NCBI RefSeq assembly: GCF_009914755.1
Contig: NC_060937.1
Reading direction: 5' to 3' (one strand)
DNA from: the human T2T-CHM13v2.0 reference genome, Homo sapiens
Length of the DNA stretch: 64,000 nucleotides
Shown here: piece after piece, positions 14,590 through 28,127 of the stretch
Layout: every line of letters begins with the position of its first letter
How positions within the stretch are numbered: position 1 is the stretch's first letter
Position numbers and translations under genes: made by a program
Notes under the pieces: generated by a model
Databases searched by the model: none
What the model saw: the letters and a program-made list of their open reading frames with translations, nothing else
Told to the model about the DNA's origin: nothing

Positions 14590-15785
14590 ATGATACAAGA
14601 AAAGAATAATTGATAAACTAGACTTAATTAAAATTAAAAACTTCTGATTTGGAAAGGCAATGTCAAGAGAAAGAGAAGACAAGCCACAGACTGGGAGAAA
14701 ATATTTTCAAAAGACACATCTGAGAAAACTGCTACCAAAATATATGAAGAACACTTAAATCTCAGCAAGAAAAAAAGTTAATATGCCAAAGATATTAATG
14801 GAACCCATATCAAAGAAGATAAATAGATGTCAAATAAGCATGTGAAAAAATTCTCCATATCTTATGTCATGAAGAATATGAAAATTAAAACAAGATACCA
14901 CCAAAGACCTATTAGAATGGCCTGAATCCCAAATACTGACAGTAGCAAATGCTGACGAGGATACAGAGCAATGGGAACTCTTATTCATTGGTGGTAAGAG
15001 TAACAAATGATACATCCACTTTGGAAAACAGTTTGGCAGTTTCTTACAAAATTTAACATATACTCTTACCATGATTATATGAGTATATGATTCAGCAATT
15101 TTACCCTTTGGTATTTACCCAAAGGAGCTGAAAATTAACTATGTTCACACAAAATCCTGCACATAAGTATTTATAGTAGTTTGATTTATAATTGCCAAAA
15201 CTTGGATGTGCCCAAGATGTCCTTCAGTAGGTGAATTGATTAGCAGACTGGTACCTCAGACAATGGAATGCAGTGTCCAAAAGAAATGTGTTAGAAAGCC
15301 TGAAAAGACATGTAAGAAATTTAAACACATATAAGCCAATCTGAAAAGGCTATATAATGTATGATTCCAACTATATGACATCCTTGAAAAGACAAAACTA
15401 TGCATGCAGTAAAAAGATCAGTGACTTGAAGAGGTTGGGGGAAAGGAGAGATCAATAGGTAGATCACAGAGGATTTTTAGGGCGTGGAAAATACTCTGTA
15501 TAATACTATGATGAATGAATATGAACACATGTCATTATATATTTGTGAAAGCCCCCAGAATGTAAAACACCAAGAGTAAACCCTAAAGTAACCTATGAAT
15601 TTTGTGTGACTATGATGTGTCACTGTAGGTTCATCAATTTTAGGAAATTTACCACTCTGGAGGAGAATTTTGATAATATAAGAGCTTATGCCTTTGTAAG
15701 TGAAGGGGTGTATGGGAAATTTATACCTTACAATTTTGCTGTGAACTTAAAATAGCTCTAAAAATAGGTTTAAAGCAAAAACTAA
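14590..15785 (+). mobile_element. L1MC1/2-like 3' end nested in the L1ME ORF1
   Basis: gacaagccacagactgggagaaaatattt...agccaatctgaaaaggcta...caattttgctgtgaacttaaaatagctctaaaaa, the L1MC terminus. Confidence 0.8.
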
Positions 15786-17072
15786 CAGCCACAAATGTTT
15801 TAAATTTAGTGAAAAGTATTAAACTGCACAACCAAGAAACTCAGTGAACCTCAAGCAGGATAAACATATTTTTTAAAAAACACACACCAAGGCTTATCAT
15901 AGTCTAACTGCTGAACATCGAAGATCTTAAGACAACTTCTGTGATCAGAAGAGGAAATTATAACAAAGAAACTACTGAGAAAGTATGATACAAATAATGA
16001 CTGTCTTCTCATCAAAAACAACATAGGCCAAAAGGCAATGGATCGTTCAGTGTTGAAGAGCGGGAGAGAAACTATCAATCCCAAATGATATATTCATTCA
16101 AAATATCCTACAGAAAGAAAATGGAGTAAAAATATTTTAAGATAAATGAAAGAAAAAAATTATATATGTATACATACCTATATACATACCAATACACATA
16201 TATACATACATACATGTGCATATTTGTGAAATATACGTATATATAAATGAAAAACTTTTTTTTTTTTTTTTTTTTTTTTTGCGTGTGTGTATTTGTATTT
16301 GTGCAAGGGCAGCCATACTACCAGAAATACTAAAGAGAGTTCTTCAGGTCAATAGGCAGTAACTTCAGATGGAAATTAAAAGCATTGTAAATGGGAAATA
16401 TGTAAGTAAAGATAAAATATTTCATCTTCTGTCTTTTTAAATACAATGATTGTTGATATAAATAATTTAGCATTTTATTTTGGAATTTACAATGTATGAG
16501 AAGTTGAATACCTAGTAAGAACAGATCAAGGGATGGGGTGGTAAATAAACTTATGGTGTTATAAGGTTTTTACATTTTACATGAAATAATGCATCATTAA
16601 TTTTATGTTGAACTTTGTTAAGTTATAGATATATACTGTCATCCTTAGGCCAACTACAAAAATATATATCTACAGGTGTAGCTAAAATGCAAATAGTGGG
16701 AGTAAAACAGAATTTTAAAAATCATTTAAAAATTATTTAATTAAAAAGAAGGCTAGAAATTAGGAATAGAAAAATAAAACTGATAGAAAAACAGAAAAAA
16801 TTCAATATTAGATTAATCAATATGTTATGTCAAAAGTTATATTTACTTTAAACTCTCCAATTCAATGGGAGGTTAAGAGGACAAAATAGGTATGTAAAGA
16901 ATTGCACTTGAATATAAAGACACAGATACAACAAAATAAAAAGAGTAGAAAAAATTGTACCATGCGACCACATTAGAAGAAGTCTGGTTTGGTGATATTT
17001 ATACTACACTAACTAGACTACAAGTCAGAGTAATACCATAGGCAGAGAGGAATTTCTTGCAATACAGAAGGG

Positions 17073-17170
17073 TGAATTAATTAAGAAGACTTACATCCTG
17101 TAACAGAGTTTTAAAATATTTGAATTAATTAAGAAGACTTACATCCCGTAACAGTTTAAAAATATTTGAA
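17073..17170. repeat. Direct tandem duplication of about 48 bp
   Basis: tgaattaattaagaagacttacatcctgtaacagagttttaaaatatt (17073-17120) is followed by a near-identical 46-bp copy (17121-17166). Confidence 0.92.
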
Positions 17171-18689
17171 GTAAAAATGGACAAAATTTGTATAAGAAAT
17201 ATATACAAAAGCATAATCATGTTGGATAATATAATACTCCTCTGTTAGTAATTGATAAAATAACTAGATAAATCATTAACTAAAAACATAGAAGATTAAG
17301 TCAATTAGCACACTTGGTATAATTGACATTATGTAATAGTACACTCCCAAAACACTAAAGGCATATGAAATGCCTAGTAGGATAGATCATATGCCAACCC
17401 TTAATATAAATCTCAAAATTTTTCAAACATTGAAATTTGTACATTTCATCTTATGTGAATAAAAGGGAATACCATTAGCAATCATAAACAACAAAATATC
17501 AGTAAAAATCCCTACATGTTTTCAATTTAAACAGTACACTTCTAAATGATACATGTGTCAAAGAATGGATCACAAAGAAAATCTTAAAATACATTTTTTC
17601 ACACTGAAAAATTAAAAAATATATACATCAAAATGTGTGGAGTTGACATGAAGCAGTGATTAGAAAAATATATGACTGTAAATGCTTTTCTAATGGAAAG
17701 AAGAAAGGTTAAAATCAAGTATCTAGCTTTTCAACTTTAGAAGCTAAACAACTTCAAGCAAATTTAGGTAATTGATAAATTCCTAGAAAGTCAGAACAAG
17801 AAAAAAAAAAGACAACACAAATGGGCCAAAAATTTGAAAAGACATTTCACAAGAAGAGTTTTTTACAATTGATCAATAAGCAAACAGAATGTGCTCAGCG
17901 CCTGAAGCCATTAGGAAAATGCAAATTAAAACAACAAGATTATTCATTCTGATGTAAAGTTATAAAGACAGATAACCACATATATTGGCAAGAATAAGGA
18001 AGGACTGAACATTTCGTACAATACTGATTGGATTAAAAAACATTTTAAATGTCTCTTTGGCATTTCTCATATATTTGAAAATATAGTTACTCCATGACCC
18101 AGCAATTCTATTCCTATATTCTTAAGAGGTATGATAATGTCTGCCAACAAAAGTCTTGTACAGTAACACTTGTATGTAGTTTTATTCATAATAGCTAAAA
18201 TCTGGAAACAATCTCAAATCTACTAAGAGTAGAATGAATAAACCAATTGTAACATGTCTATTAAATATAACAAAACAATAAATAAATAACTTTTGGTACA
18301 TGCAACAACACAGATCATTCTCAAAATAATATTCTAAGGAAAAGAAGCCAGTCACAAAATAATACAGTATTCTATTCCATTTATAGGCAGAAGAATATTA
18401 AACAGAACTGAATTAGACTAATAAAAATAAAACAAGGCTTGCTCATGAGGAGTTGACTGAAAGAGTCAAAAATAAATTTACATGGTGATGGAGTACAATG
18501 TGTTCTATATATTTTGAGTGGAGCCTTGTAATGCTTTTGTCAAATCTCTTCAAATTGTATTCATTGGTGCAGTCTGCTTTATATATATATTTATCATAAT
18601 GTAAAAAAATAAAATGCATATTTTGTTATATCATTATGTAAATATATTACATATATTATATTTATATATTATATAATGTATGAAGAAGA

Positions 18690-18921
18690 ATGATGGGTGA
18701 CTGCAGCTGCATTGCCTCTACTCCACCTCTACATACAAGGACTCAGCTAACCAGACCAAAAAAGCCTTGTTTTTACCATTGTTCGGGGAGAAACTGCTTT
18801 GGGAACTATCCCAGTGTCCTCCTTATTTGATACAAGTAATAAAATCCTCATGCTAAATACTTCTTGGTTGGGGTCATTGGATTGTCAATCGCCAAGTGAT
18901 CAAAGCCCACATTGTGTAACA
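18690..18921 (+). mobile_element. 3' part of an ERVL-class LTR (MER54/MER73/MER74-like)
   Basis: ctgctttgggaactatcccagtgtcctccttatttgatacaagtaataaaatcc with a poly(A) signal; ends tgtaaca. Confidence 0.55.
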
Positions 18922-18927
18922 ATTTCT

Positions 18928-19096
18928 GTACAATAAGTTATTTTAAGAGAGAGAGAGAGATCACATTAACATACCTTTTATTACAGTATATTGTTATAAT
19001 TGTTCCTTTTTATTATTATTGTTTTAATCTTACTGTGCTTAATTTCTAAATTAAAATTTATTACAGATATATATCTATATATATATATAGGAAAAA

Positions 19097-19169
<73 letters not shown>

Positions 19170-19260
19170 ACTATATACATATAGGACTTGGGGCTATCTA
19201 GGATTTCAGGCAGCCACTGAGGGTTTTGGACAGTATGCCCCGTACATGAGAGACTTCTGT
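18928..19260 (+). mobile_element. MER44/Tigger7 3' end (TcMar-Tigger)
   Basis: cacattaacataccttttattacagtatattgttataattgttc...ggatttcaggcagccactgagggttttgga. Confidence 0.8.
19099..19164. repeat. Compound microsatellite (GT)19(AT)14
   Basis: Read directly from the sequence. Confidence 0.95.
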
Positions 19261-20589
19261 TGTTTTTTTATATGTCCTTCTTTCATTACCATAAGATTCT
19301 CTTTAGAAATAAAATCCAAATTAAAAATAAGTCTGTGACTATTACAGTTAACCATAGTTAACCTACAGTTTTCAAAAAATTAAGTTGCTCTTTACTCGTA
19401 AATGAGATACTCTATTTAAAGACATTTATTTTTGTATGTTTCAGGAGTAACTGATAAGTTACTAAGGTTTTCTAAAATGTCAGTATTTTACAAAAGGTTA
19501 AATGAAAACTAAATCAAATATGGCTTGGGCACTAAACAAATTTGGCTCTCCTTTCAGACATTTAAAACAGTATTATAAAATAAACCACCTTTAAAATCAA
19601 TAATATTAATATTAGGATTTCAAGCATATCCATTTTATATTCAGGGAGTTATTTGTCTCGAATATTCAATATTTACATAAAATTACTCTAAGTTTCATTG
19701 ATTGAAATCTAATTTAATAAGCAATTTTAAATTATTAACATTTAATTGTCAATAACTATATTTAAACATAATAGTTTCATTGAAGACAATGCGGGAAAAA
19801 TGCCTATTCTTAAAACATTGACCTAATTATTTCATTTTCTTCATTATTTAATCTTTGACAAGTGTTTCTTGTCTTAACGTCTTTACTAGATATAAAAAAT
19901 GGAGTTGTGGATGTCACGTTTTGTGACAAGATTGCTAAACATCCATTATCAATAGACTCTAAAAAGATTAAAATTGGCATATCTAGAAAACTGATACTTT
20001 GGTGTCTAATTTTGTTTTGATAAAGTATTTAATATTATACTGCCCATCATGTTAATATTGAAGATCTAAATATGGTAGATAATTTGAAAGCACTCAGTGT
20101 CAATGTTATGTCACCTACCAATTACTACATATTGAAAGAAAAATGAATGACATACATTCTTTTAAAATACATTCAATATGAAGATTCATTTTTGATGGTA
20201 ACTTTAGCATGTATTTTTCCTTTCTTTAGTTGATAGTATGGCAGGAAGTAATTGTGATTTATAAAATAGGCTATCAAAATTACATCCCAAAGTTCTCACC
20301 AAATAACTGAGCCACAATTTAGTTCAAATTTTTTCATCTTTCTAGACATAGCTTTGTGTTTCTTGTGAATTTTGATTCCATTAGCATTATGAATATTGAA
20401 AAATAATTTATTAGAAAAGTGACTATACAAATATTACTCTGGTAATCTACATTTATCATTTACCTAGCATATAATTCAATATAACGATGTAATTTTAACA
20501 TGCCTGTTTATTTTACCTTTCTTGACCAATAAACACATTCTGAAACAAACAATAACTAAATTGTGTTAGTCTGGTGTCAAATGAGAAAC

Positions 20590-21230
20590 TAAAAGAAATA
20601 GCTCAGAGTTTTAAATTTAATTTTGACTATGATGTCTGTGAGTGTGTGTTTTATTATGCTTAGAAATCGCAGAGCTTTTTGAGTATGTATATTTTGTCTT
20701 TCAATAATTTTAGATTATTATCTATTTTGTTTTTACTCAAATAAAATTTTTGCCCATTTTTTTCTGTCTCTTATTCAACTTTCAGCTATATGCATGCTTT
20801 ATCATTAGGTATCATCCAATAGCTCTTGTATGCCATAAATCAACTTTGTTCAATTTCTTTTCATGTTTCATTTTGGCTTGAATAATTTTTATGTACCTGT
20901 CTTCTGATTTTCCTATTATCTTTTTCAGATGTTTAAATTTTCTATTACATCCAAAGAAACAATTTATCATATTCAGTATCATAATATCATGTGTTTTTAA
21001 TTTCTATCAATTTGATTTTTTAAATTGTATTTCTGCTGAAATATCTCACCTGTTCATGCATATTGCCCACATGTTTCCTAACATACTGACCATAGTAAAT
21101 TTAAACCCCCTATGTGATAACTCTAACACTAACCTGGGCCATTTCTGAATTGGATTTTGTTAGTTGCTTTATTTCAGGAAAATTGGTTATGTTTTCTTGC
21201 TTTTTTGTGTCATATACATTTTTTCTTTAA
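20590..21230 (-). mobile_element. Degraded L1M ORF1-region fragment
   Basis: T-rich, with gtatttctgctgaaatatctcacctgttcatgca and tgtgataactctaaca typical of reverse L1M ORF1/5' region. Confidence 0.5.
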
Positions 21231-21249
21231 TATTGAATGCGTGACATTG

Positions 21250-21485
21250 AGGCAAAGGAACAAGGTAGAGCAAGAACACTATGGCAAGAATATTCCTGGT
21301 GCATTTGGAATATGTAGAAGGATTGTATACATAGAATGACTGGGAGAAGGAGAGAGAACAATACAATTCAGAGATATCATAGGAGCTGCGGTTATTTGGA
21401 ATTTTGAAGGTCATTTTTGGGAACTTGATTTTTATTATCCTAGAAGTTGTGAGATGCTTTGGAGAGTTTTCAGTTTGAGGTGACT
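21250..21485 (-). mobile_element. L2 fragment
   Basis: cctggtgcatttggaa...ttgaaggtcatttttgggaacttgattttta...ttggagagttttcag. Confidence 0.5.
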
Positions 21486-22149
21486 GTTGGGCACTCAAGT
21501 ACATATGCAAGGCAATCAAGCCAGGAAAATCTCATTTTGAGGCAATGATCTTCTTAGATACTACAAAAGTGACTTTTGTCCTGAACTTCAAGACTTAGAG
21601 GGCGACATGTCTTGCTCCTCTGACTATTCAATTTCCCTTATTGCATATATTTTGTGCAGTCAAGGGTTCATGGTCACCTGGAATCCCTAAAGCTCTTTTT
21701 AAACCTTGCTTCACTTTTTTAGCATGCCAGAATATTCTGCTTAAATGTCCCAGGCATTCTTACAAGGCGTGTGTGGGTCTTTTCCTGAGTCTAAACTTCA
21801 GAGAACATCCAAGTGATAACTGTTTTCAGGGTGATAGATGGAGTTTAGAGTTCCACTGAGGTGTATTCAGACACATGTATGTGAAGCCTTTTTTAGCATG
21901 GGAAGAAACCAGTAGTGGAGCGATATGGTGGTGTGTCACAGGCTAGGGGCTATGCCCCAAATTGTCATATTGCTATTATAAATCATTCCAAGATGTTTAA
22001 ACTCAAATTTGGCCATTCATGTTTTCTGTAGTTAAATATGCCACACTATGCCATTACAACAAGTTTTATTTAAGAATTTATTATCTTAAAGTTGGAAAAA
22101 AGTTTAATATCTTAATTTTGTAATGGTATAATTTAAAATAGGCAATTGA

Positions 22150-22600
22150 TATTTGAACCTTCACATGTAGTTTTGTAGCATACTAAATGTTAGAGGAGAG
22201 CCTGTTTGGGAGTCATTGGCCTATAGATGTTATTTAAAGCCAGAAGTCTTGAAGAAATTACAAAAGCAAAGAATAAAGATAGAGAATAAAATGTACCAAG
22301 ACTGAAGCCCTAAAGCTGCTCCTACATTAAAAAATTAACGAGAAGAAATAGGACTTGAAGCACAACCAGAGAATAAACTTTTGGTGAGGTAGAATTAAAA
22401 TTAGGCTATGAGGCCATGTATAGCAAACATATCAAAGAAAAAAGAAGGAATGATCAAATATGTCAAATGCTTCTGATAGGACAAAGAAGACAAAGACTCC
22501 ACCTTGACCATTGCATCTAGGTACCTGGCCATCACCAGTAAAGTAGATGAGAGCATTGTTCATGGTATAAGGGTAGAAAAATAATTTGGAAAGTCCGAAT
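22150..22600 (-). mobile_element. L2 fragment
   Basis: tttgggagtcattggcctatagatgttatttaaagcca, tgtcaaatgcttctgatagg, tgaccattgcatctag. Confidence 0.7.
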
Positions 22601-22871
22601 ATAATACCCTAATATATTGAAATATGGACTGATAAAAATTGGCAAAAGTTGTATAATTTTTTGTCTAGTAGTATGCATATATATGATATAGATATCAAAA
22701 ATAATTATGCCTGCAAAGAAACTCAAACAGCTACCTGCAAGAGATTAAAAAAATACTCTTTCTCTTTCCTAGAGTAGAAAATCTTTGCATTATATAAAAT
22801 GACAGATGACAAACTCAATCAATTCTAAAAATGATAAAGTTTGGTTGTATATTGTAACATAATGAAAACGT

Positions 22872-23239
22872 TGATATGGTTAAATTTTGTGTCCCCACCC
22901 AAATCTCATATTGAATTTTTATCCCCAGGTGTTGAGGAAGAGACCTGGTAGGAGGTGACTGGATCATGGCAGGGTAGTTTTCCTCATGCTGTTCACATGA
23001 TATTGAGTGAGTTCTCACAAGATCTGATGGCTTTATAAGCATCTGGCATTTCCCGTTTGCACTTCTCTTTCCTGCCACCATGTGAAGGTCTTTACTTCTC
23101 ATTTGCCTTCTGGTCATGATTGTAGGTTTCCTGAGGCTTCATTAGCCATGCATAACTGTGAGTAAATTAAACCTCTTTCTTTTATAAATTACCCAATCTC
23201 AGGTATGTCTTCATTGCTGTGGGAGAATGGACTAATGCA
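22872..23239 (+). mobile_element. THE1D-like solo LTR (ERVL-MaLR)
   Basis: Starts tgatatggtt...tgtccccacccaaatctcat and ends ggactaatgca; perfect 5-bp TSD AACGT at 22867-22871 and 23240-23244. Confidence 0.93.
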
Positions 23240-23259
23240 AACGTGTCTTCAGAACACTG

Positions 23260-24220
23260 TATTTTGGGACTCAATCCAATTTGGTTTATATCCCTATCGT
23301 TATGTATTTGTAAAATTAAATGTTAAAGCTACCCAGGCCTGGAGTTCGTTGCTTGAAAGGTTTTTATTTAAAAATTTAATTTCTAAAATTGACATAGAAC
23401 TTTTAGGCTTTTCTATTTCTTTTTATATCCGTTTTCCTAAGTAGTGTTTTTAAAATAATTTTGCAATTTCACTTAGATGTTTAAATTTGTTAACATAAAA
23501 TTTATACTGTTCTTTTTATCTTTTTCAATATGATCTGTAATGTGTTTATTTTTTCTCTTTAATCATATTGGTGGGGTTTTTCTTTTTAATTGTTCTCACT
23601 TAGGTTTATAAATATTAATATTCTTTGCAAATAACATTTATTGAAACTCATTGTAAACGTGTTCTATTTCATTAACTTTAGCTCTAAATATTAGCTCCGT
23701 TATTATTGTTAATTCTAATATTTCAGTTAAGTTTAGTACATACATGTAGCCTTTTAGTCAGATAGATATTTGCAGGAGTTTCTCCATGACCCCATACCTG
23801 TTTCATTGTCCAGATCTGTGTTATATTTCTGCCTGTTCTACTAGTCTTTTACCATCCTGACTAGCAACTGAGTACCTGGCCTTCTCCATTCATTTTCCAC
23901 TAAAACTACCACTGTCACTGAAAATGCATCAGGGCGTGGAGTTGTTTCAGCTCCATCTGAAATCACATTAGCCCATTCAGTCAGCAAGCGTCTGGTTTTC
24001 ACAGCTTGTCTTGCCCTGGTAAAACTACTGTGTGGACTGAACTGTTGGGAGAGAACAGCGGCAGCCCTCGGCCATAAATTCACGGACCTCCGCTGTTCTT
24101 ACCCAAGGTTTAACTGTTTCTATGAATAAATTCTTCTTATTTTGCTGGAATCTTTCATTGATTTCCAGAGCCCTGAAATTGAAACCTTTCAAATTTTTAT
24201 ACACTTAAAATTATTTTAGA
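23260..24220 (-). mobile_element. Degraded L1M/L1ME fragments
   Basis: T-rich reverse ORF2 remnant 23260-23760; tatgaataaattcttc...tcattgatttccagagccctgaaa resembles an L1ME 5' region. Confidence 0.45.
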
Positions 24221-24916
24221 TGAACATTTTTAGCAAGCTCCTCCTCTGCCATAATGTGATTCCTGCTCCCAAGTGCTCACATTTTAAAGTACAGGCTACA
24301 TCTATTTATCAGCAAACAAGGAGAGACAGAAAACCACAAGGAGAGCACAAATACCCCTTCATTTACCCATCCACAAGACTCAGAAGAAATCCTGTGAAGT
24401 AGGTTGCATTTCCAAAGGTAACATGGGATTTAGGTTTAAAGTTTTACTTGGATCTTAAAGGAAAGAATAATCCCAAAGGCCTAGAAATTTTGGAAATGTT
24501 TAGGTTACACAAAGGTAGTAATTTACTCAAGTTGGGTAATTGACCGCATGTCTTCAAAGAGAACCAGTATCTATATTAATGTGTATGTGACTTCAGAGTC
24601 CTTTTTCTTAATCTCTAAAGTTAAAAATTATGTGAATGCAGTAGTGTAATCATTGTTACTAGCTTTAAATCATTTTATGACACCCAGTATTTCCATGATA
24701 TAGTAGTTATTTTATATTTCGATGTGCAAAATTTCTTTAAGATTCTCTCAAACTTGTATTACTACTCCAATATTACATATTTATATTAATTACAATTTTA
24801 AAATTACAATTTTAAGATTAAGAGGAATTAGTCATTCAAAGGATCACACTACTAGAAAAAATCATACTCTTATCCTTAGACAAGCCCTTATGAAATTTTA
24901 TTGAAAGAGCATTCTC

Positions 24917-25253
24917 GGCCAGGCTTGGTGGCTCACACCTGTAATCCCAACACTTTGTGAGAGGCTGAGGTGGGCAGATCACTTGAGCCCACTGAGGTGG
25001 GAGGATCACTTGAGGTGGGCGGATCAGTTTGAGACCAGACTGGCCTACATGGTGAAACCCCATCATTACGAATAATACAAAAATAAGCCTGCGTGGTGGT
25101 ATGTGCCCGTAATCCTAGCTATTTGGGAGGCTGAGGCAAGAGAATTGCTTGAACTGGGAGGCAGATTGCAGTGAGCAGAGATTGTGCCACTGCACTCCAG
25201 CCTGGGCAACAGGGCAAAACTCTGTCTCAAAAAAAAAAAAAAAAAAAAAAAAA
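24917..25253 (+). mobile_element. AluS with internal triplication in the left arm
   Basis: ggccaggcttggtggctcacacctgtaatccc...tgcactccagcctgggcaacag; poly(A) 25229-25253; imperfect TSD (agagcattctc / aaagcatgctc). Confidence 0.93.
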
Positions 25254-28127
25254 GAAAGCATGCTCAATATGTTTTTGGTTTAGCCTAGTAAGTGTTTGAT
25301 TACAAATATCAATTTATTTTAATAAATAAATATTCACATTTTCATTGTAGCAATATCTTACATTTTAGGTTGTCAAAATTTATATATACACATGCATGCA
25401 CACAACCATGAACACATCCTACTCAAAATTTTATCCACACTAAATTCTAGAAATATTATCATCTGGCATCATAATTAAAATGTAAACTACTCTAATGTTA
25501 AGAAAAATAGAATTCTGGGAGGAAAGTTGAAGTTGGTGAGGTTGAAGGTTACAAGTAATGGTTTCTGATGGAAATTGCTCACTGGAAAGTACTCAAGTCC
25601 CCTTTGTTGGCTAATTCTCTGAGTAGCTATCAAGAACATTTGCCACTGGCCAAAACACAGTCAAAAGACAGATGAAAGTGATTGAAAGATAGTTTAAATA
25701 GAATAACTCTCATGCTCCAGCAGAAGAAAAGTGATCTTAGACACTAAACCAGTGATTCTTCAAAGACTTATTGCCTTTGAATCAAAATAAAAATCAGTTA
25801 AGCATATTTATGAACTATCCAGAAATATATAACGTATCCAATAGCTTATGTTCCATTTGAAATTAACCCTTGAGACCACTAGTCATCTAGAGGTTATACA
25901 TTATTTACTTTATATCATCCCTAAAGTACCTCTGTGTTAGAGAAGGATAAAATAACAATAGTGTAGGCTATATTTACATTGCTTATCAAACAAGATTTGA
26001 ATTTGTTGTATTGAATATTTTGTTTTAAGCTTCTTTGTGGTTTGTCATTTCTGTTGCTTCTCCCTTTTCCCCCATTCAATTAAAATTTAATGTGCTTTGA
26101 TTGATTTTTTCATCCAAAATCAATTCTCAACTATAATTCAATTATCCAACATCATTGTGAGAAATCATTATTATAAGAAATAAATTTAAAATTCTACTTC
26201 GAAGACATAAAATGAGCTAAATCAAGGTCTTCTAAGAATGAAACCCTTAAAGCAACATGCCAAGTATATTGGGCAGCTGATCAGAGCTTGAATGAAGAAG
26301 GACCCAAGGCATTACACTAGTACTCATTCTTTTTCAAATAAAATAATCAATTTAATATATATTTGGAAATGATCAAAAGAGAGAAGGATGTTGTTTCCAG
26401 TAAAATATATATTATCTGAACTCTGCAGTTGATTCCAAATTCAAATGAATCGTAAGTGATGAACAGGAGACTATGAGACAGAGCTTTTCAACAATCCATA
26501 GAAAAATCCATTATAGTTGCTGTTAATTGTTTTGGTATACGGTTTCTTCATGTTTCTATTTTAAAAGCGTATTTTCTTTGGTTTAAAATCAAGTATGAAA
26601 ACCTGCTTTTAAACCACAAGATTATTCTATTTATTTTCATTTGATTATTCATTTATTTATTTTTGTTGGCAGAATTTGAAATTTTATAATAACCTTCTGT
26701 TTATGTAACAACCTCAGATAAAAGGGAACTTTAGTTCCTATGATAAAATTTAAATAAACACCACTAGTTTCTAAGGAAATAATTATAAATAAGTGGTATC
26801 AGGGAAAGAGTTTATGTCTATATTTTCATTTAAGTTATGAGAATAAGTAAGCAGTTAACACAAGCAAAAATGTTCACTGTATGTATAAAGTATTTGTTCA
26901 TTTAGCTATAACATATTTACTTATGCTTTCTACCCTGTGATATAATTTTGAATTATCTTTCTTATAATTTCCCAGTATTTTAACATTAATGACTGTGTAA
27001 ATTAATAGGTAGAATGATATTAATTTTCCTACTAATAATATTATTCTCTTTTACCAAAGTAGAATATGGCTTTGTGGTAGCTATTTAGAGAAATATTTGC
27101 ATATCTTGCTTTGTTAAAATAATAACTTTGTTTCTAGTTATTATGGTACTCTAAAATGTCTGATTATCTTAAAAACATCACAGAATGGCTAGAGGTTTTT
27201 CTTTTAATGTAGCAGATTTATATCCAATTTAAATGCTTAGTATGTATTAAACTATTTCTTAAATGCATCAATCTGTAAAAAATTATGCATTAGGTAAATA
27301 ATATACAAATTTTCTTTGTAGGTCAAGTTATTTATTTGTGTCCTCAGATGAATTTTCTGTTCTTTGCACTTCATATTTTTAAATCCATGTCTAATAAATA
27401 CGTATAATATGTCGATTTATGTTTTCTACTGTTCAATGCAAAATATTTTCAAATGTGCCTTTTGAAGATACTGCAGACACCTAGTACTCAAAAAATTATA
27501 AAGGGATGCATTTAGAGAAAAAATAAAACTTTTAAAGCTATAAATATGTATTTAACATTTACTAGAGAGAAAACATTCTGAGAATATGTTCTAATTCAGG
27601 GAAATTCCTATTATAATAAATATCATGAGGAATTGAAATGCTTTTGTTGTGCAGAATTTTGTATTAGCAACTTCTTTGTGACACGTTCGGGTCATTTTCT
27701 CAGGAAGTGCAACCAAATACAGCTGGGGTTTTGTCTCCTAATTTCTGTGTCCCAGTGGTTCAGAGCATGTAGTTAATTAAAAATATGTGGAAATAAAAAA
27801 AAATTCTACACAATAGTAGCATACCATTGGGAGAGGCTAGTGAGGCAGAAATGTGATTATTTTTGATATTGTTTAGAATTATTTATACATAGAGATAGTA
27901 ATAACTGACTGATGTTGCCTACATACAGGTGGACCATTCACTCCCAGTATCTTTGGACATATAGCCCTAGAATGTTGCTCATATCCAGTTTGAAAGAGAT
28001 AATGCCACAGAGTGTGCCAATGAGTTACTAGCCCTACCTGGCACAGCTTTATACCCACCACGGCATTCCCAATAACACCATACCTCCCTGAGCTTACCTC
28101 ATTCAATAATCATGATATTGGTGGTAC

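Larger units (their letters stand above)
13330..18610 (+). mobile_element. Old L1ME-like element (5' region, ORF1, partial ORF2, 3' end) hosting a nested L1MC
   Basis: ORF1-like tgaacttgaagacagatcaata (14400); ORF1 resumes after 15790; endonuclease-region remnants 16900-17750; jump to ORF2 end near 17800; 3'UTR to about 18610. Confidence 0.7.

Noticed and set aside
19000-19338. 112-aa ORF with VC and YI repeats
   Set aside because: Translation of the microsatellite within MER44.
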